A DNA stretch of 64,000 nucleotides, taken from the IMG/VR virus record IMGVR_UViG_3300015615_001076, positions 26,742 through 90,741 of that record. One strand, 5' to 3'. This DNA is from a virus (lineage: Duplodnaviria; Heunggongvirae; Uroviricota; Caudoviricetes). The translations under genes and the position numbers were made by a program. Every line of letters starts with the position of its first letter. The first letter of the stretch is position 1. Shown piece after piece: positions 39,486 to 49,150 of this stretch. The notes under the pieces were generated by a model, which was not told the DNA's origin, searched no databases, and saw nothing but the letters and a program-made list of their open reading frames with translations.

Positions 39486-39971
39486 TCACATTGGAAAACG
39501 ATACTTAGCGTTGATCCACTGCAGAATACGTATTTCGGCTGGTAACATATACACGTATGGCCCTCGGCTATGCGCCGCCACCCATTCGCCATCCCGCACT
39601 GTGTAGACATAGTTAAACTGAATGCGCGTAATAACCGTCTCGGGCCTACAGCCTGTGTGGGTCTCACAAAAGAACCGCACAAACTCAGACGGCCAACAGT
39701 ACGAACTCGGCGGCGGAAACCCTTCGCGCACACACTCCTCCATGCCATACTCCAGCTCATCCGTCATGCGTCGAAGCGGCTCATGCCGAACGTCGACGGC
39801 CCGGAGAATCTTGAGCCGTTCGATCTTCTCTCCTGGCTTCAAACCCATCCCCTTCTTGACGGCACAGAAGAGTTGTCCAGGCTTGAGATGCGTCCATCCC
39901 AACCGGCGCGTGACCGTCTTCGTTTCGTCCTTCACTTGGTCGATGGTGAGGGCAACGCTCATGTTCCGCAT
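39486..39971 (-). CDS. ASCH-domain-like protein
   Basis: The N-terminal 'LTIDQVKDETKTVTRRLG' matches the GxKxxExR-type motif of ASCH/PUA-like beta-barrels. Confidence 0.4.
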   Translation of the reverse strand: MRNMSVALTIDQVKDETKTVTRRLGWTHLKPGQLFCAVKKGMGLKPGEKIERLKILRAVDVRHEPLRRMTDELEYGMEECVREGFPPPSSYCWPSEFVRFFCETHTGCRPETVITRIQFNYVYTVRDGEWVAAHSRGPYVYMLPAEIRILQWINAKYRFPM

Positions 39972-39987
39972 GGTTTGATTCCCGATC

Positions 39988-40254
39988 TCATTTCGACACC
40001 GCTTCGAGAGTCAGTGCCAAAAGATCCATTTCGTCCATCTTCCAGAGTAGATAGAACTTCCCGCCATGAATCCCGGTCTTGCCTTGATGATGTTCTTTGC
40101 ACAGCGGGATGACCAACCAATCACTGGACCGCTGGCTCATCCCTTGTCCTTCTCGCACGTGATGCAGGTTTGCGGGCGTGTCTCCAAGCCCAAGATGCCG
40201 ACAGAGGACACAGCCCAGACTGGCCACCGTCGTTTTCCATCTCTTGCCCGTCAT
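39988..40254 (-). CDS. small zinc-binding HNH-like protein
   Basis: CVLC...HH...C..HH spacing. Confidence 0.35.
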   Translation of the reverse strand: MTGKRWKTTVASLGCVLCRHLGLGDTPANLHHVREGQGMSQRSSDWLVIPLCKEHHQGKTGIHGGKFYLLWKMDEMDLLALTLEAVSK

Positions 40255-40461
40255 CGATCGTCACCGTTGGCCAGCAGTTTTGGACTTCGAAAATTCATGG
40301 GCTCAACGGTTGTTGTACAAGTGCAGGCCTATCCCAGCCACGATGAGCCCAATCCAAAACCCCACCCCCACTCCGAGCCTCAGCCCTTCGAGTAAATTCG
40401 CATCAATGGTCATACCCATCTTCCTTTCCAGCCCGAGGAGTGGATCACCCCTTACCCCACC

Positions 40462-40830
40462 TCACGGCTCCTGATGTAGCCTGAACCGTATCCCCTTCAG
40501 CTTCATCATTTCGTAAAGATAGTGCGCGAACTCCTCTGGCCTCTGCTGTAGAGATCGCATCGTCACTGCGTGATCTTCCGTCGTTTCCTTCACGACCTCA
40601 ATGATCCGTCTCTCGATATCCCCGATGGCCTTGACTGGCCCACCGTTCAGCCAGCCGTCGAGGCAATCGAACAGGGTAATGACCTGCCGCACACTGAGCA
40701 CGAGTTCTATCTCATCACCGATTTTTAACGCCTCATGAACTCCGGTCAGGCTATCGCGTTCAATGCGGACATTAATCTTGCCATTACACCACTGTTCATC
40801 CTCCGTGAGATCAACGAAGAGGCGTGCCAT
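40462..40830 (-). CDS. hypothetical protein
   Basis: ORF with an internal start. Confidence 0.3.
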   Translation of the reverse strand: MARLFVDLTEDEQWCNGKINVRIERDSLTGVHEALKIGDEIELVLSVRQVITLFDCLDGWLNGGPVKAIGDIERRIIEVVKETTEDHAVTMRSLQQRPEEFAHYLYEMMKLKGIRFRLHQEP

Positions 40831-41377
40831 TTGGATACTCCCGTACGCGCAGATCCTCCGGCCAATGCTTTCCTTGGTGGACGAATTGAATGGCCGACTT
40901 CGATACGCCGCAGAGAACCGCAAGAACTCTTTGGCCTACAATCCCTTTAAGCCGTCTGATTTCATGAACCTGACCAACTGTTAATTTGGCACGGCCATTC
41001 TCTGTTCCGCATAGTGGCCTCCCGCCAGGCCTTCCGTTTCTCACGGCGTGGCGTTGATTTTGGATTTGCGTGAGCCATTCAAGATTGGCAGCACAGTTAT
41101 TTATCTTGTTGCAGTCTTTATGGTTAGGGAACTTCCCTCTCGGCCTACGGCCATGGAATGCCTCAGCAACAAGAACGTGGATGCCGAACGTTCTCTTTTT
41201 GTCTTTTCGGCAGAGTTGCACTCGCATATAGTCACAAGTCTTTGTAGGTGCCTTAGCCCTCAAGATTCGTCCAACAGTCGCGCCTCTCCCACTAGCAACT
41301 CTTCTCACTCGCCCAAGACTGGACACGGTGTATTCGCGCTCGTAGCCAACAACCGGATGCCATTCCTCAATCATCAT
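40811..41377 (-). CDS. NUMOD4-HNH homing-type endonuclease with C-terminal HTH
   Basis: NUMOD4 'WHPVVGYEREYTVSSLGRVRRV'. HNH_3 'HVLVAEAFHG...NHKDCNKINNCAANLEW'. C-terminal tail HWPEDLRVREYP. The start overlaps the upstream stop (ATGA). Confidence 0.75.
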   Translation of the reverse strand: MMIEEWHPVVGYEREYTVSSLGRVRRVASGRGATVGRILRAKAPTKTCDYMRVQLCRKDKKRTFGIHVLVAEAFHGRRPRGKFPNHKDCNKINNCAANLEWLTQIQNQRHAVRNGRPGGRPLCGTENGRAKLTVGQVHEIRRLKGIVGQRVLAVLCGVSKSAIQFVHQGKHWPEDLRVREYPNGTPLR

Positions 41378-42384
41378 GGGTACTCCCTAACTCTTAAATC
41401 TTTCGGCCACTCTTCCATTGCGCCGCCTTTCCTGTCCTGTAAATTCAATCCTCCATTCGCATCCATCTTGGTAAGCGACCAGGTTTCAAGCTCGGATACA
41501 TCAGCAGATGGCCGTGCGCCTATCTGCTTGACAAACACGGGCACGCCCGCCTCCCGGCACTGCTTGACTGTTGAGCGAATCCATGCGAGATCGCACGGCC
41601 TCGCCTTTGGCCCGGACTCGCCGCCGACAACGATCCAATCGAGTTTTTCGTACTGCTTGCCGGTAGGGCTTTTGAGTCGTTCGAGAAATGAGAAACCGCC
41701 ACGGTATAAATCCACCGGCCCCAGCAACGGCTCCGCACTCACCCATCGCACCGCTGCCGGAGTCTGCAGTAAAATCGGAATTCGCTCATCCGCCGTATTT
41801 TGATCCTCGACCGAAACCCCCAGCCACACGTTGGGCAGAGGCCATGCGGCCCACTTGATTTTCGATAGCGGCTCAAGCACTTCCCTTGCAGAATAGGCGC
41901 ACAACAAAGACTCGGCTGAATATTCGTCAGCTTTCGGCCATGCACCACCTTGCTTGACTAGCTCGCGTGTTAATCCTGAGCGATGCGACCCAATCCATTT
42001 AAACCAGGTCAGCATCCTCTCGGGCCGCTTCGTTAGGACCTGGAAAGAATGTTCGGGTGAAGCAGCCATCACGCCAAATATGGACGCAATGAATTTATTC
42101 GGTACATCCTCATGAAACAGATCGGACATCGAATTGACGAACACCTTGCGCGGCTGCTTCCAGTGCAACGGTGCTTCTAGGGATTCCGGCACAAGCTTGA
42201 TCCTGCCGGTCCACCAAGGCCCTTGGCTGCGGAGTTCCGTCAGGCCTTCGTATGGTTGCCCGAGTCCGCTAAAACGATAGGCTTGTTTCATCGCGTAACA
42301 GTTCCGGCACCCTTCTGACACCACCGTACACCCTCTGACAGGATTCCAAGTTGTGTCGGTCCATTGTATGGTCGTCACACCCAT
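41374..42384 (-). CDS. phage Gp37/Gp68-family protein (DUF5131-like)
   Basis: N-terminal 'IQWTDTTWNPVRGCTVVSEGCRNCYA' is the hallmark of this family. C-terminal tail EEWPKDLRVREYP. Confidence 0.75.
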   Translation of the reverse strand: MGVTTIQWTDTTWNPVRGCTVVSEGCRNCYAMKQAYRFSGLGQPYEGLTELRSQGPWWTGRIKLVPESLEAPLHWKQPRKVFVNSMSDLFHEDVPNKFIASIFGVMAASPEHSFQVLTKRPERMLTWFKWIGSHRSGLTRELVKQGGAWPKADEYSAESLLCAYSAREVLEPLSKIKWAAWPLPNVWLGVSVEDQNTADERIPILLQTPAAVRWVSAEPLLGPVDLYRGGFSFLERLKSPTGKQYEKLDWIVVGGESGPKARPCDLAWIRSTVKQCREAGVPVFVKQIGARPSADVSELETWSLTKMDANGGLNLQDRKGGAMEEWPKDLRVREYP

Positions 42385-42403
42385 CAGCTATTTCCCTCCC
42401 CCG

Positions 42404-43324
42404 CTATCGTTCAGCTCGGACGTCTTGGAAGGCTTCGATGAACGCCTTGGCTGCTTCGGCATTGATCGCATTGCCGTATCCGCGCAAGCGCACCACACGG
42501 GCAGAAGCCCTTGTAACCAGCGGGGAAGAGCCGGATTCAATTGGCCTGGCTTTTCCATCAGCGCAGTGGAGCCACTCAGCGTCAGCCCAGAAACCGTTGA
42601 CTGGACCAGGCGTACCACCGCTTGCAAATCGCCCCCCCCTGAATTGAACCGGCCCAGTTCCTTCTTCCGTTGCGCACTTTCCGCCCCTCCGGTCGGTGTC
42701 TTTGGTGTCGGCCACGAAGTCAACGCGACTTGTTGCGACAGCGGAATTCCTGTGTCCCACGGTCTCGGCGGCTTCACGCCTCTTGAATGATCCTGCGCCG
42801 TCGGACTCACCCACGAAGAACAATCGTTGCCGGATGTGCGGCGCCCCGACGCCGCAAGCCGGAAAATCAACCGTCCCGACGGCGTAACCCGCTCCTTCCA
42901 AATCAGCCGAAACAACGTCGACCCACGCGAGTCCGTCTTGACTCGCAACCTGTTCGCCAAAGCATAGGTCAGGGCGACACTCGCGGATGAGCCGGAACCA
43001 TGCGGGCCAGAGATGACGCGGATCGGAGAAGCCTTGCCGTGTCCCGCTCGCACTGAACGACTGACATGGGCAACTCCCTGTCCAAACGGCATCGTCGTCT
43101 GCCCATCCGGCGAGACGTAGGGCATAGGACCAGACTCCAATGCCGGCAAAGAAATGGTGCTGGGTGAATCCGGCAAGGTCTCCTGGCTCGACAGCGACGA
43201 TGCTGCGTTCATCGACTGCTCCATCCGCAATCACCCCTACCTTGATCAACTCTCTGAGCCATGCCGCCATTTTCGGATCGTGTTCGTTGTAGTAGACACT
43301 CACGCTCCATGCCCCGTCTGGCAA
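42404..43324 (-). CDS. DNA (cytosine-5)-methyltransferase
   Basis: Motif I FFAGIG, motif IV SCPCQSFS, ENV-like GEQV, motif VIII RQRLFFVG, motif X GYGNAI. Confidence 0.75.
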   Translation of the reverse strand: MPDGAWSVSVYYNEHDPKMAAWLRELIKVGVIADGAVDERSIVAVEPGDLAGFTQHHFFAGIGVWSYALRLAGWADDDAVWTGSCPCQSFSASGTRQGFSDPRHLWPAWFRLIRECRPDLCFGEQVASQDGLAWVDVVSADLEGAGYAVGTVDFPACGVGAPHIRQRLFFVGESDGAGSFKRREAAETVGHRNSAVATSRVDFVADTKDTDRRGGKCATEEGTGPVQFRGGRFASGGTPGPVNGFWADAEWLHCADGKARPIESGSSPLVTRASARVVRLRGYGNAINAEAAKAFIEAFQDVRAER

Positions 43325-43459
43325 TCAGTGCCCAATCCTTCGGCGCTCCCAATAGCACCGCCGGCAGATACCTTGTCCGGTCATATTCCACGTCGCGACT
43401 TCATGCCGACACCTCGGACATATGCAGGTCTTCACTCGCAGATCGCGCATCACCTGGGC

Positions 43460-43843
43460 CTACTGGGTATACTCCCCGCCTTCATCGTGTGAGGTGTCCT
43501 GTGCGCCGCCCTCGCCTTGCTTGCTCAGAAATTGCACCGTCTCCGCCACCACTTCATGCTTACTGTGTTTGGTGCCGTCCTGGTTCTCCCAGCGCCGTTG
43601 CTGTAACCGGCCTTCGATTAAGGCCTTGCTGCCTTTCGCAAGATACTGGCAGGCGTTCTCAGCCACCTTGCCAAAGGCCACGACGTCCACAAAGCACACT
43701 TCTTCTTTCAGCTCGTCGCCCTGCTTGAACCGTCGATTCGTCGCCAGGCCAAAGGAGCCGACCGGCGTGCCGTTCGTGGTATACCGGAGTTCTGGATTTC
43801 TAGTGAGGTGCCCCAGCATGATGATTTTATTGAAGCCAGCCAT
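43460..43843 (-). CDS. ssb: single-stranded DNA-binding protein
   Basis: 'MAGFNKIIMLGHLTRNPELRYTTNGTPVGSFGLATNRR...VVAFGKVAE...LIEGRL' OB-fold. Acidic Gly-rich C-terminal tail. Confidence 0.75.
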   Translation of the reverse strand: MAGFNKIIMLGHLTRNPELRYTTNGTPVGSFGLATNRRFKQGDELKEEVCFVDVVAFGKVAENACQYLAKGSKALIEGRLQQRRWENQDGTKHSKHEVVAETVQFLSKQGEGGAQDTSHDEGGEYTQ

Positions 43844-43854
43844 CGTGTCTCCTG

Positions 43855-44571
43855 TTAGGCCACTACCGTGATACCGGGAATATTCGTGGACAGCCACGCT
43901 TTGATGCGCTGCATGGCCTCGATCTTCCATGCGCCCCCATCCGCTTCGAACAAGGCGATGGACGGAATGGCACCATCGCGTTCTTGCTTGAATCGCAAAA
44001 CAAACTCAGAAGCAGGCTGCTCAATCTCCGCAAACGTCCGATACGGTGCGAGCTTGTGACGAGGCTTCACGATCTGGCCTTGCTTCAGCGCGACGCCTTT
44101 ACGGGTCGCCACCTGTTGAGAAATGCCATCGTCTGAACTGGTCGTCACGGCTTCAGCCGTCAAGGCCGAGACCAATTCCAACAGTGCTTCCTGTTCTGGT
44201 GTGACGACAAACCGCGAGTGCAGCCCGACGATGAATTCGTCTTTGTCGAGATAGCGCCCAAATGCAAACGAGTCCGCCAACACGGCTTCGGTCGTCGCGT
44301 GATCAATCCGCTTCGCCCAGATATCAATGTGGGTGCTGGACAAGGTGACCGTCTTGTGATTACTCACCAACAGAAAGCACACGGCCCGGTTGAGCTTGTT
44401 CAGTCCACCTTCAATCAGATCCTTCAACCCGGTGAGGGATTGAATCTTCACGACCGATGGAATAGGTTCGGTTACCGCATGAACGGTCGCCGTCGTATAG
44501 GTGCGTCCGAGCATCACCAGTTCTTTGGGTTCCGCCAGCGCCAAGCACTTCTCCAGAAATTCTTTCAACAT
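43855..44571 (-). CDS. hypothetical protein (238 aa)
   Basis: ORF. Confidence 0.4.
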   Translation of the reverse strand: MLKEFLEKCLALAEPKELVMLGRTYTTATVHAVTEPIPSVVKIQSLTGLKDLIEGGLNKLNRAVCFLLVSNHKTVTLSSTHIDIWAKRIDHATTEAVLADSFAFGRYLDKDEFIVGLHSRFVVTPEQEALLELVSALTAEAVTTSSDDGISQQVATRKGVALKQGQIVKPRHKLAPYRTFAEIEQPASEFVLRFKQERDGAIPSIALFEADGGAWKIEAMQRIKAWLSTNIPGITVVA

Positions 44572-44605
44572 TGCGCACTCCTTTCGTGATGAGGCGGTGC
44601 CTCGG

Positions 44606-44980
44606 TTAGGGTCTCAGGTTGTAGATACCCGTTGGCACGAATTTCGACTTGGTCGGTTCCTGGCTCTCTTCGGTATACAAGTGCCCTTGATTCACATCGG
44701 CGCTGTAGGCGGCCAACTTCCCATCTTTTCGGATGAGGAAAATGGTGCTTTTGACCTGGGCAACCGGTGCCGGTTTGGAGTTCACCGAAAACGAGATGGA
44801 CGCGCCGGTACGATCCGGCAACGGCTTGAAATCGAACTGCAAGGTAATCCGCCTGCGCTTATCGGCATCGGTATTGATGTCGGCGATATTCGCCAAGATC
44901 CGTTCCATTTCGTGGTCGAACAGTTCTTTCGCGGCCCCACCACAGATGTTGTCTAAGCTCACGGTTTCCGTCTGATGCAT
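44606..44980 (-). CDS. hypothetical protein (124 aa)
   Basis: ORF. Confidence 0.4.
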   Translation of the reverse strand: MHQTETVSLDNICGGAAKELFDHEMERILANIADINTDADKRRRITLQFDFKPLPDRTGASISFSVNSKPAPVAQVKSTIFLIRKDGKLAAYSADVNQGHLYTEESQEPTKSKFVPTGIYNLRP

Positions 44981-45016
44981 AAGTCCTCCTTGATGGCTTG
45001 TCGTGAAGTATGAGAA

Positions 45017-45304
45017 TTAGCCCATGCCATCCAGCGATGGGCCAAGCACAACCACCTGATCCTTTCGCCCAACCAGGTCGTCTTTGTTCAATTCCATGAC
45101 CGCCTTGACCGGCATGAGTTTGTAGCCGGAGAGATAGATCCAGACAGGCACATTGGAGAGGGCCAGCAGCTGCGTGGCCAAGTCATGAGTGGTCAATATC
45201 TCATCGCCGTTCATGTGATCCATCAGCCCTCCTGTCAATTCAACGCTCCGTCGGTTAACTGCAACAGTCCTCGCTCTGGAATCACGCCCATATCGCACAG
45301 CCAT
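45017..45304 (-). CDS. small hypothetical protein downstream of the ATPase
   Basis: ORF overlapping the ATPase stop. Confidence 0.3.
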   Translation of the reverse strand: MAVRYGRDSRARTVAVNRRSVELTGGLMDHMNGDEILTTHDLATQLLALSNVPVWIYLSGYKLMPVKAVMELNKDDLVGRKDQVVVLGPSLDGMG

Positions 45305-46878
45305 TTCAGATGGCTGTTGAATCGTCCCCCGTTCGGATGAATCCCCAACGCTGCCGCCAGTTCCTCTCGACTCAGACCGTGGTCAAGGGTGGATAACACC
45401 TCCACGATGCGCCGCTGTCCCTCTTCAGGAAGGGTGGTCTTCAGCGCCGCCAGCCCGGTATCCAGCGTAGTCGCGAGATTGGCGCCGGCTGGCAACAATC
45501 GCCACTGATCATCCAGATAGCCAGCGTCCCGCAGCCCCTTGAGATCTGCATTGAATCGTCCACCATTGGGGTGGATGGCTATCCACCGAGCGACGGCTTC
45601 TCGGCTCAACGGAATCTCACGTGCCCACAGCATCTTGACGGTATCGAGAATCCGCTGTTGGCCGCTGGTGAGACCGGCGGATGGAGACGGATCACGCTTC
45701 TGCGTGTCCCGTGGGATAGGCTTTGGATGTATGAGAGGTTGAGCGTTTGTCCTTTGTCTGCTTATATTATTAGCAACTGTGGACAAACCATCCCGTAAGT
45801 CCTTGACTGCCAACGCGATACTCTCTGACAGTGAGGTGCCGCGACTGATAAGATCCTCAAGAGTCTGGGTCTGATAATCGGTAATGGCTGGCACTTCCTT
45901 GACCGACTCGACCGGTTTCTTGGTCAGCTCCGTCTTCAGCCTGGCAATCTCTGCCCGTAAGATTTTGGGGTCGTCTGCTTTAGCTTTTTCCATCGTAGCG
46001 ACCATGCGAGATTCGATGTCCTGCACATCCAACGGAGCCGGGTCCCGTCGTACACGATGTTGCCCGGCTTTGGGGGTCGCTGACGCATCGAACGTTCGTT
46101 TCTTGGCAATCGTGATCTTCTTGAATTGTCGCAGCCATTGGGGAGACCAGAGGTAGCACGTGCCCACAGGAAGACCGGGCAGAGCATCCACGAGATTGAC
46201 ATCACCGCCTTCGTAGGTCAGCCATTCCTTGAGCGCTTTGCGTTCCGGCACACCGTTCAGCTGAAACGCCATGATGCACTCGGCTTGCGTGAGCACCTCT
46301 TTGTTGACCGACTGTGGTCGTTGGGTCAGCATGGAGACGCCGATGCCGTAGTTCCGCCCTAACCGAATGATTTCCTCGTAGACATGCACCATCCGCGTTT
46401 CGTCCTTGCCGACGAACTGCGGGACAATGAGTTGGCACTCTTCGATAATGAGATGCAGGGGGGACGGATCGGCTTCGCCCTTTTTGCGCTGCCAGAGTCG
46501 CGCTCCGAAATCTGCGGCAAACCGTTTTCGATCTGAGTAATTGAACTGGCTCAGATCGAGAATGACGCTGCGCCGACTGTCGACGACGACATCCGCCACC
46601 ACCTCGCCAGCCGTCGCGAGCAAGGGGAGGTCTTGCCGCAGCCCACCAAACACCGGAATGTCATAGCCTTTCGCTTGGCCATCCTGGGCAATGCGCAGCC
46701 CAAACCAATTGCCCACGGTATCGAGGATGACGACCTGGATAGAGGACTCAAGCAGCTCTTCGGCGAGCTTGCCCGAGCCATGCGTCTTTCCACTGCCCTT
46801 TCGTCCGATCCAGGCAAACGTTTGCGTGCAGGCATCGACAGGCAGGCGCATATCGTCAGACAGATGCAGGCTCTTCAT
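45235..46878 (-). CDS. HerA/FtsK-like P-loop ATPase with C-terminal tandem winged-helix repeats
   Basis: Walker A GRKGSGKT, Walker B HLIIEECQ, 'GIGVSMLTQRPQSV' Arg/Gln sensor region. Two C-terminal copies of 'IHPNGGRFN..LK.L.D.G'. Confidence 0.6.
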   Translation of the reverse strand: MKSLHLSDDMRLPVDACTQTFAWIGRKGSGKTHGSGKLAEELLESSIQVVILDTVGNWFGLRIAQDGQAKGYDIPVFGGLRQDLPLLATAGEVVADVVVDSRRSVILDLSQFNYSDRKRFAADFGARLWQRKKGEADPSPLHLIIEECQLIVPQFVGKDETRMVHVYEEIIRLGRNYGIGVSMLTQRPQSVNKEVLTQAECIMAFQLNGVPERKALKEWLTYEGGDVNLVDALPGLPVGTCYLWSPQWLRQFKKITIAKKRTFDASATPKAGQHRVRRDPAPLDVQDIESRMVATMEKAKADDPKILRAEIARLKTELTKKPVESVKEVPAITDYQTQTLEDLISRGTSLSESIALAVKDLRDGLSTVANNISRQRTNAQPLIHPKPIPRDTQKRDPSPSAGLTSGQQRILDTVKMLWAREIPLSREAVARWIAIHPNGGRFNADLKGLRDAGYLDDQWRLLPAGANLATTLDTGLAALKTTLPEEGQRRIVEVLSTLDHGLSREELAAALGIHPNGGRFNSHLKWLCDMGVIPERGLLQLTDGALN

Positions 46879-46896
46879 ATCGTGTGCTTCCCCTCG

Positions 46897-47907
46897 CTAC
46901 GGTCGTGCCCCTTCCAACGCCTCTTGGATTTGCTGGCTCAACTGATTCACCGCTCCAGGAGCATGGTTCGTGAAGATCACGCGCCCGTTGCCGCCCATCT
47001 GTTTCAAGGTGTCAAAGTATTGGGTCATCAACACGACGCTCATGACTTCCTTCGCCTCGGTGCCGGGCATCGCCTTTTGAAACTCCTCGACCGACTCACG
47101 GAGCCCGTCGATAATGGCCTTCCGTTGGCCGGCTAACCCTTCCCCGCTCAAAATGTTGCTTTGCTTGTCGGCCTCGGCTCGCTTGACGGCAAGAATTCGC
47201 TCAGCCTCGCCACGCTCCGTCGCCGCCATGCGCTCACGTTGGGCCGCGTTGATTTCATTCATCGCCTGTTTGACGCGAGTATCTGGTTCGATGTCCGTGA
47301 CGAGCACCCGATGAATCGTGTAGCCAAACGACGACATGGCTTCGGTCAGCTCCTCCTTCACGGCCTGGGCAATCTCATCCTTCTGCGCAAACGCTTCGTC
47401 CAGCTTCATCTTCGGCACTCGGCCTCGAATCACATCGAAGACGTAGGACTTCAATTGCTCCTCGTCGTCGGCCAACATGTAATAGGCTTCGTAAATCTTG
47501 TCTGGCATGACGGCGTACTGTACGGCCGCGTGAAGATCGACGAACACATCATCCTGCGTTTTGGTCTCGACCCTGAGGCCCAGCGCCGAGATCCGCAGAT
47601 CGGCTTCCCACACCCGTTGCTCGATCAGCGGGATCTTGAACCGGAAACCAGGCCGAGCAATCCGATGAAACTTTCCAAACCGCTCGATAATCTCGGCACT
47701 CTGTTGCTGCACGGTGAAAACCGTCCCCGCCACCAGCATGCCGAGCAGGATAACCCCCACGCTGCCGAAGAAGAGGAGCATCCACAGATCGTCGGAGGTG
47801 TGCAGCGAGACCGCTGCCTCGCTGGCCGTCTTGATCGCAGTCATCGCCTCGTCATACCGTACATACGCTTCACCCAATTCATCCCGGACCACTCTCGACC
47901 ATTCCAT
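46897..47907 (-). CDS. SPFH/band-7 (stomatin/HflC-like) membrane protein
   Basis: N-terminal transmembrane helix (LLFFGSVGVILLGMLVAG). SPFH core 'IIERFGKFHRIARPGFRFKIPLIEQ...' followed by a coiled-coil region (AAQRERMAATERGEAERILAVKRAEADKQ). Confidence 0.75.
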   Translation of the reverse strand: MEWSRVVRDELGEAYVRYDEAMTAIKTASEAAVSLHTSDDLWMLLFFGSVGVILLGMLVAGTVFTVQQQSAEIIERFGKFHRIARPGFRFKIPLIEQRVWEADLRISALGLRVETKTQDDVFVDLHAAVQYAVMPDKIYEAYYMLADDEEQLKSYVFDVIRGRVPKMKLDEAFAQKDEIAQAVKEELTEAMSSFGYTIHRVLVTDIEPDTRVKQAMNEINAAQRERMAATERGEAERILAVKRAEADKQSNILSGEGLAGQRKAIIDGLRESVEEFQKAMPGTEAKEVMSVVLMTQYFDTLKQMGGNGRVIFTNHAPGAVNQLSQQIQEALEGARP

Positions 47908-47988
47908 GTGTACCTCCTTCTCTGTGAACGATTAAGGACAGCGGCGGCGTGTGACTACCATTCATAGAGCACGATGGTCAGACTGGTT

Positions 47989-48492
47989 TCAGGGGATGCA
48001 CTCCTTCAGGGTGGTCCGAAACTGCGCAACGGCCGCATCTTCCTTATCCATCCGATCAGCCCCTTGTCGCAGACGCATTGATGGCGGGTAGTACACTGCA
48101 TCGACATCGGAACTCTCGCCAGACTTCGACAGGTATGGAGCAACGGCCTGCATCGCCTCACGCATGCGCTGGTAGCAGGCATACAACAATAAAGGCTCAT
48201 CCCCATCACAGACGCGCTTTATCGCCCCACTGCTCTTCTGATAGAGTTTGCACCTATCTGGCACTTTCGGCAATTCTCCATAGGGAATAAACGGCATCGG
48301 GTCACAGGTGCTGCTCGGCGTTCCGTTCTGGTAGTACACCTTGCATTCAGTCGTCGTGACGGTGAGCTCTCCCGCCCACCCCCACACTGGCCAACTACCA
48401 ATAACTACTAAAAGTAACGGAATTAGTAGTTGCCTCAGCACCACTCCTAGCGCGACGATCCGTGTTGATCCCGAAATCTGTTTCGGGATCAT
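47989..48492 (-). CDS. membrane-anchored Cys-rich protein; C-terminal domain paralogous to 1207..1479
   Basis: Signal/TM RIVALGVVLRQLLIPLLLVVIGSW. C-terminus YACYQRMREAMQAV...TTLKECIP. Confidence 0.45.
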   Translation of the reverse strand: MIPKQISGSTRIVALGVVLRQLLIPLLLVVIGSWPVWGWAGELTVTTTECKVYYQNGTPSSTCDPMPFIPYGELPKVPDRCKLYQKSSGAIKRVCDGDEPLLLYACYQRMREAMQAVAPYLSKSGESSDVDAVYYPPSMRLRQGADRMDKEDAAVAQFRTTLKECIP

Positions 48493-48935
48493 GGTTTCCT
48501 CTTTATTGGCAGTAAGGCCATGTTAGTCATTGCCCTTAGCCATTGGATCACGTCATGGTCACGCTGTAGCGCCTCAACGGCAACACGGTCAGCCTGATGT
48601 CCGTCCGGCGAAAGAAATTCCTCTTGGTGTACAAGCAAACTGCCGATCTTAACCAATAAGGCTGCGCTTGGCTTTAAGGGATCAGGCTTCGTAACCTCCT
48701 CTGGTTCTGGAATCGGACCTGCCCATTCGCCACTGACATTCTCAACCCTGCACGTGGTAGACCCGCTGCAATAGAGTAGATGCGGCCCGTTCACGCGCAC
48801 GATCTCACAGACACGTGGAAACGTTTTTCCATTAATTGGTGTCGCGCTCCGATGCCAGTACCACCCCGGCTTGGTGGGCATAGTTATTGTCCAGAGCATG
48901 CCCCCTCCTTGTTCCGTGCGGCTTCCTGTCGGCAC
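48489..48935 (-). CDS. hypothetical protein
   Basis: 148-aa ORF. Confidence 0.35.
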   Translation of the reverse strand: MPTGSRTEQGGGMLWTITMPTKPGWYWHRSATPINGKTFPRVCEIVRVNGPHLLYCSGSTTCRVENVSGEWAGPIPEPEEVTKPDPLKPSAALLVKIGSLLVHQEEFLSPDGHQADRVAVEALQRDHDVIQWLRAMTNMALLPIKRKP

Positions 48936-49150
48936 CAGTCTTCTAGGCCGGTATAGATCTTCAGTGCTTTTTTAGCCGTTGTCAGATCATCGTAATGCCT
49001 ACGCTGTATTTCCCGACTCACAGCGTGTATGCCTTCGGCAATCATCTCGCGGCAGAGGGATTCGAGTGTCGCGTATAAGCAGAGCCGATCATCCAAATCC
49101 TCCCCGATGAGCCAATTTTCACACCGCTCCTTAATATGCTTGTCGGTCAT
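48884..49150 (-). CDS. hypothetical protein
   Basis: 88-aa ORF. Confidence 0.3.
   Translation of the reverse strand: MTDKHIKERCENWLIGEDLDDRLCLYATLESLCREMIAEGIHAVSREIQRRHYDDLTTAKKALKIYTGLEDWCRQEAARNKEGACSGQ

Noticed and set aside
42388-43230. Alternative 280-aa frame over the methyltransferase gene.
   Set aside because: The 42404..43324 frame carries C5-MTase motifs I, IV, VIII and X. The alternative frame carries none.
43855-44571. 238-aa protein next to SSB, considered as a gp45-like sliding clamp.
   Set aside because: The idea rests on size and location only. No polymerase or clamp loader is present and no motif supports it.
1453-48015. Idea that the 23-nt inverted repeats mark the boundaries of the mobile element.
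   Set aside because: Phage-type genes continue for 15 kb to the right, through sbcCD, CI/Cro and the integrase at 62.8-64 kb. Genes on the left side are contiguous with the polyvalent block.
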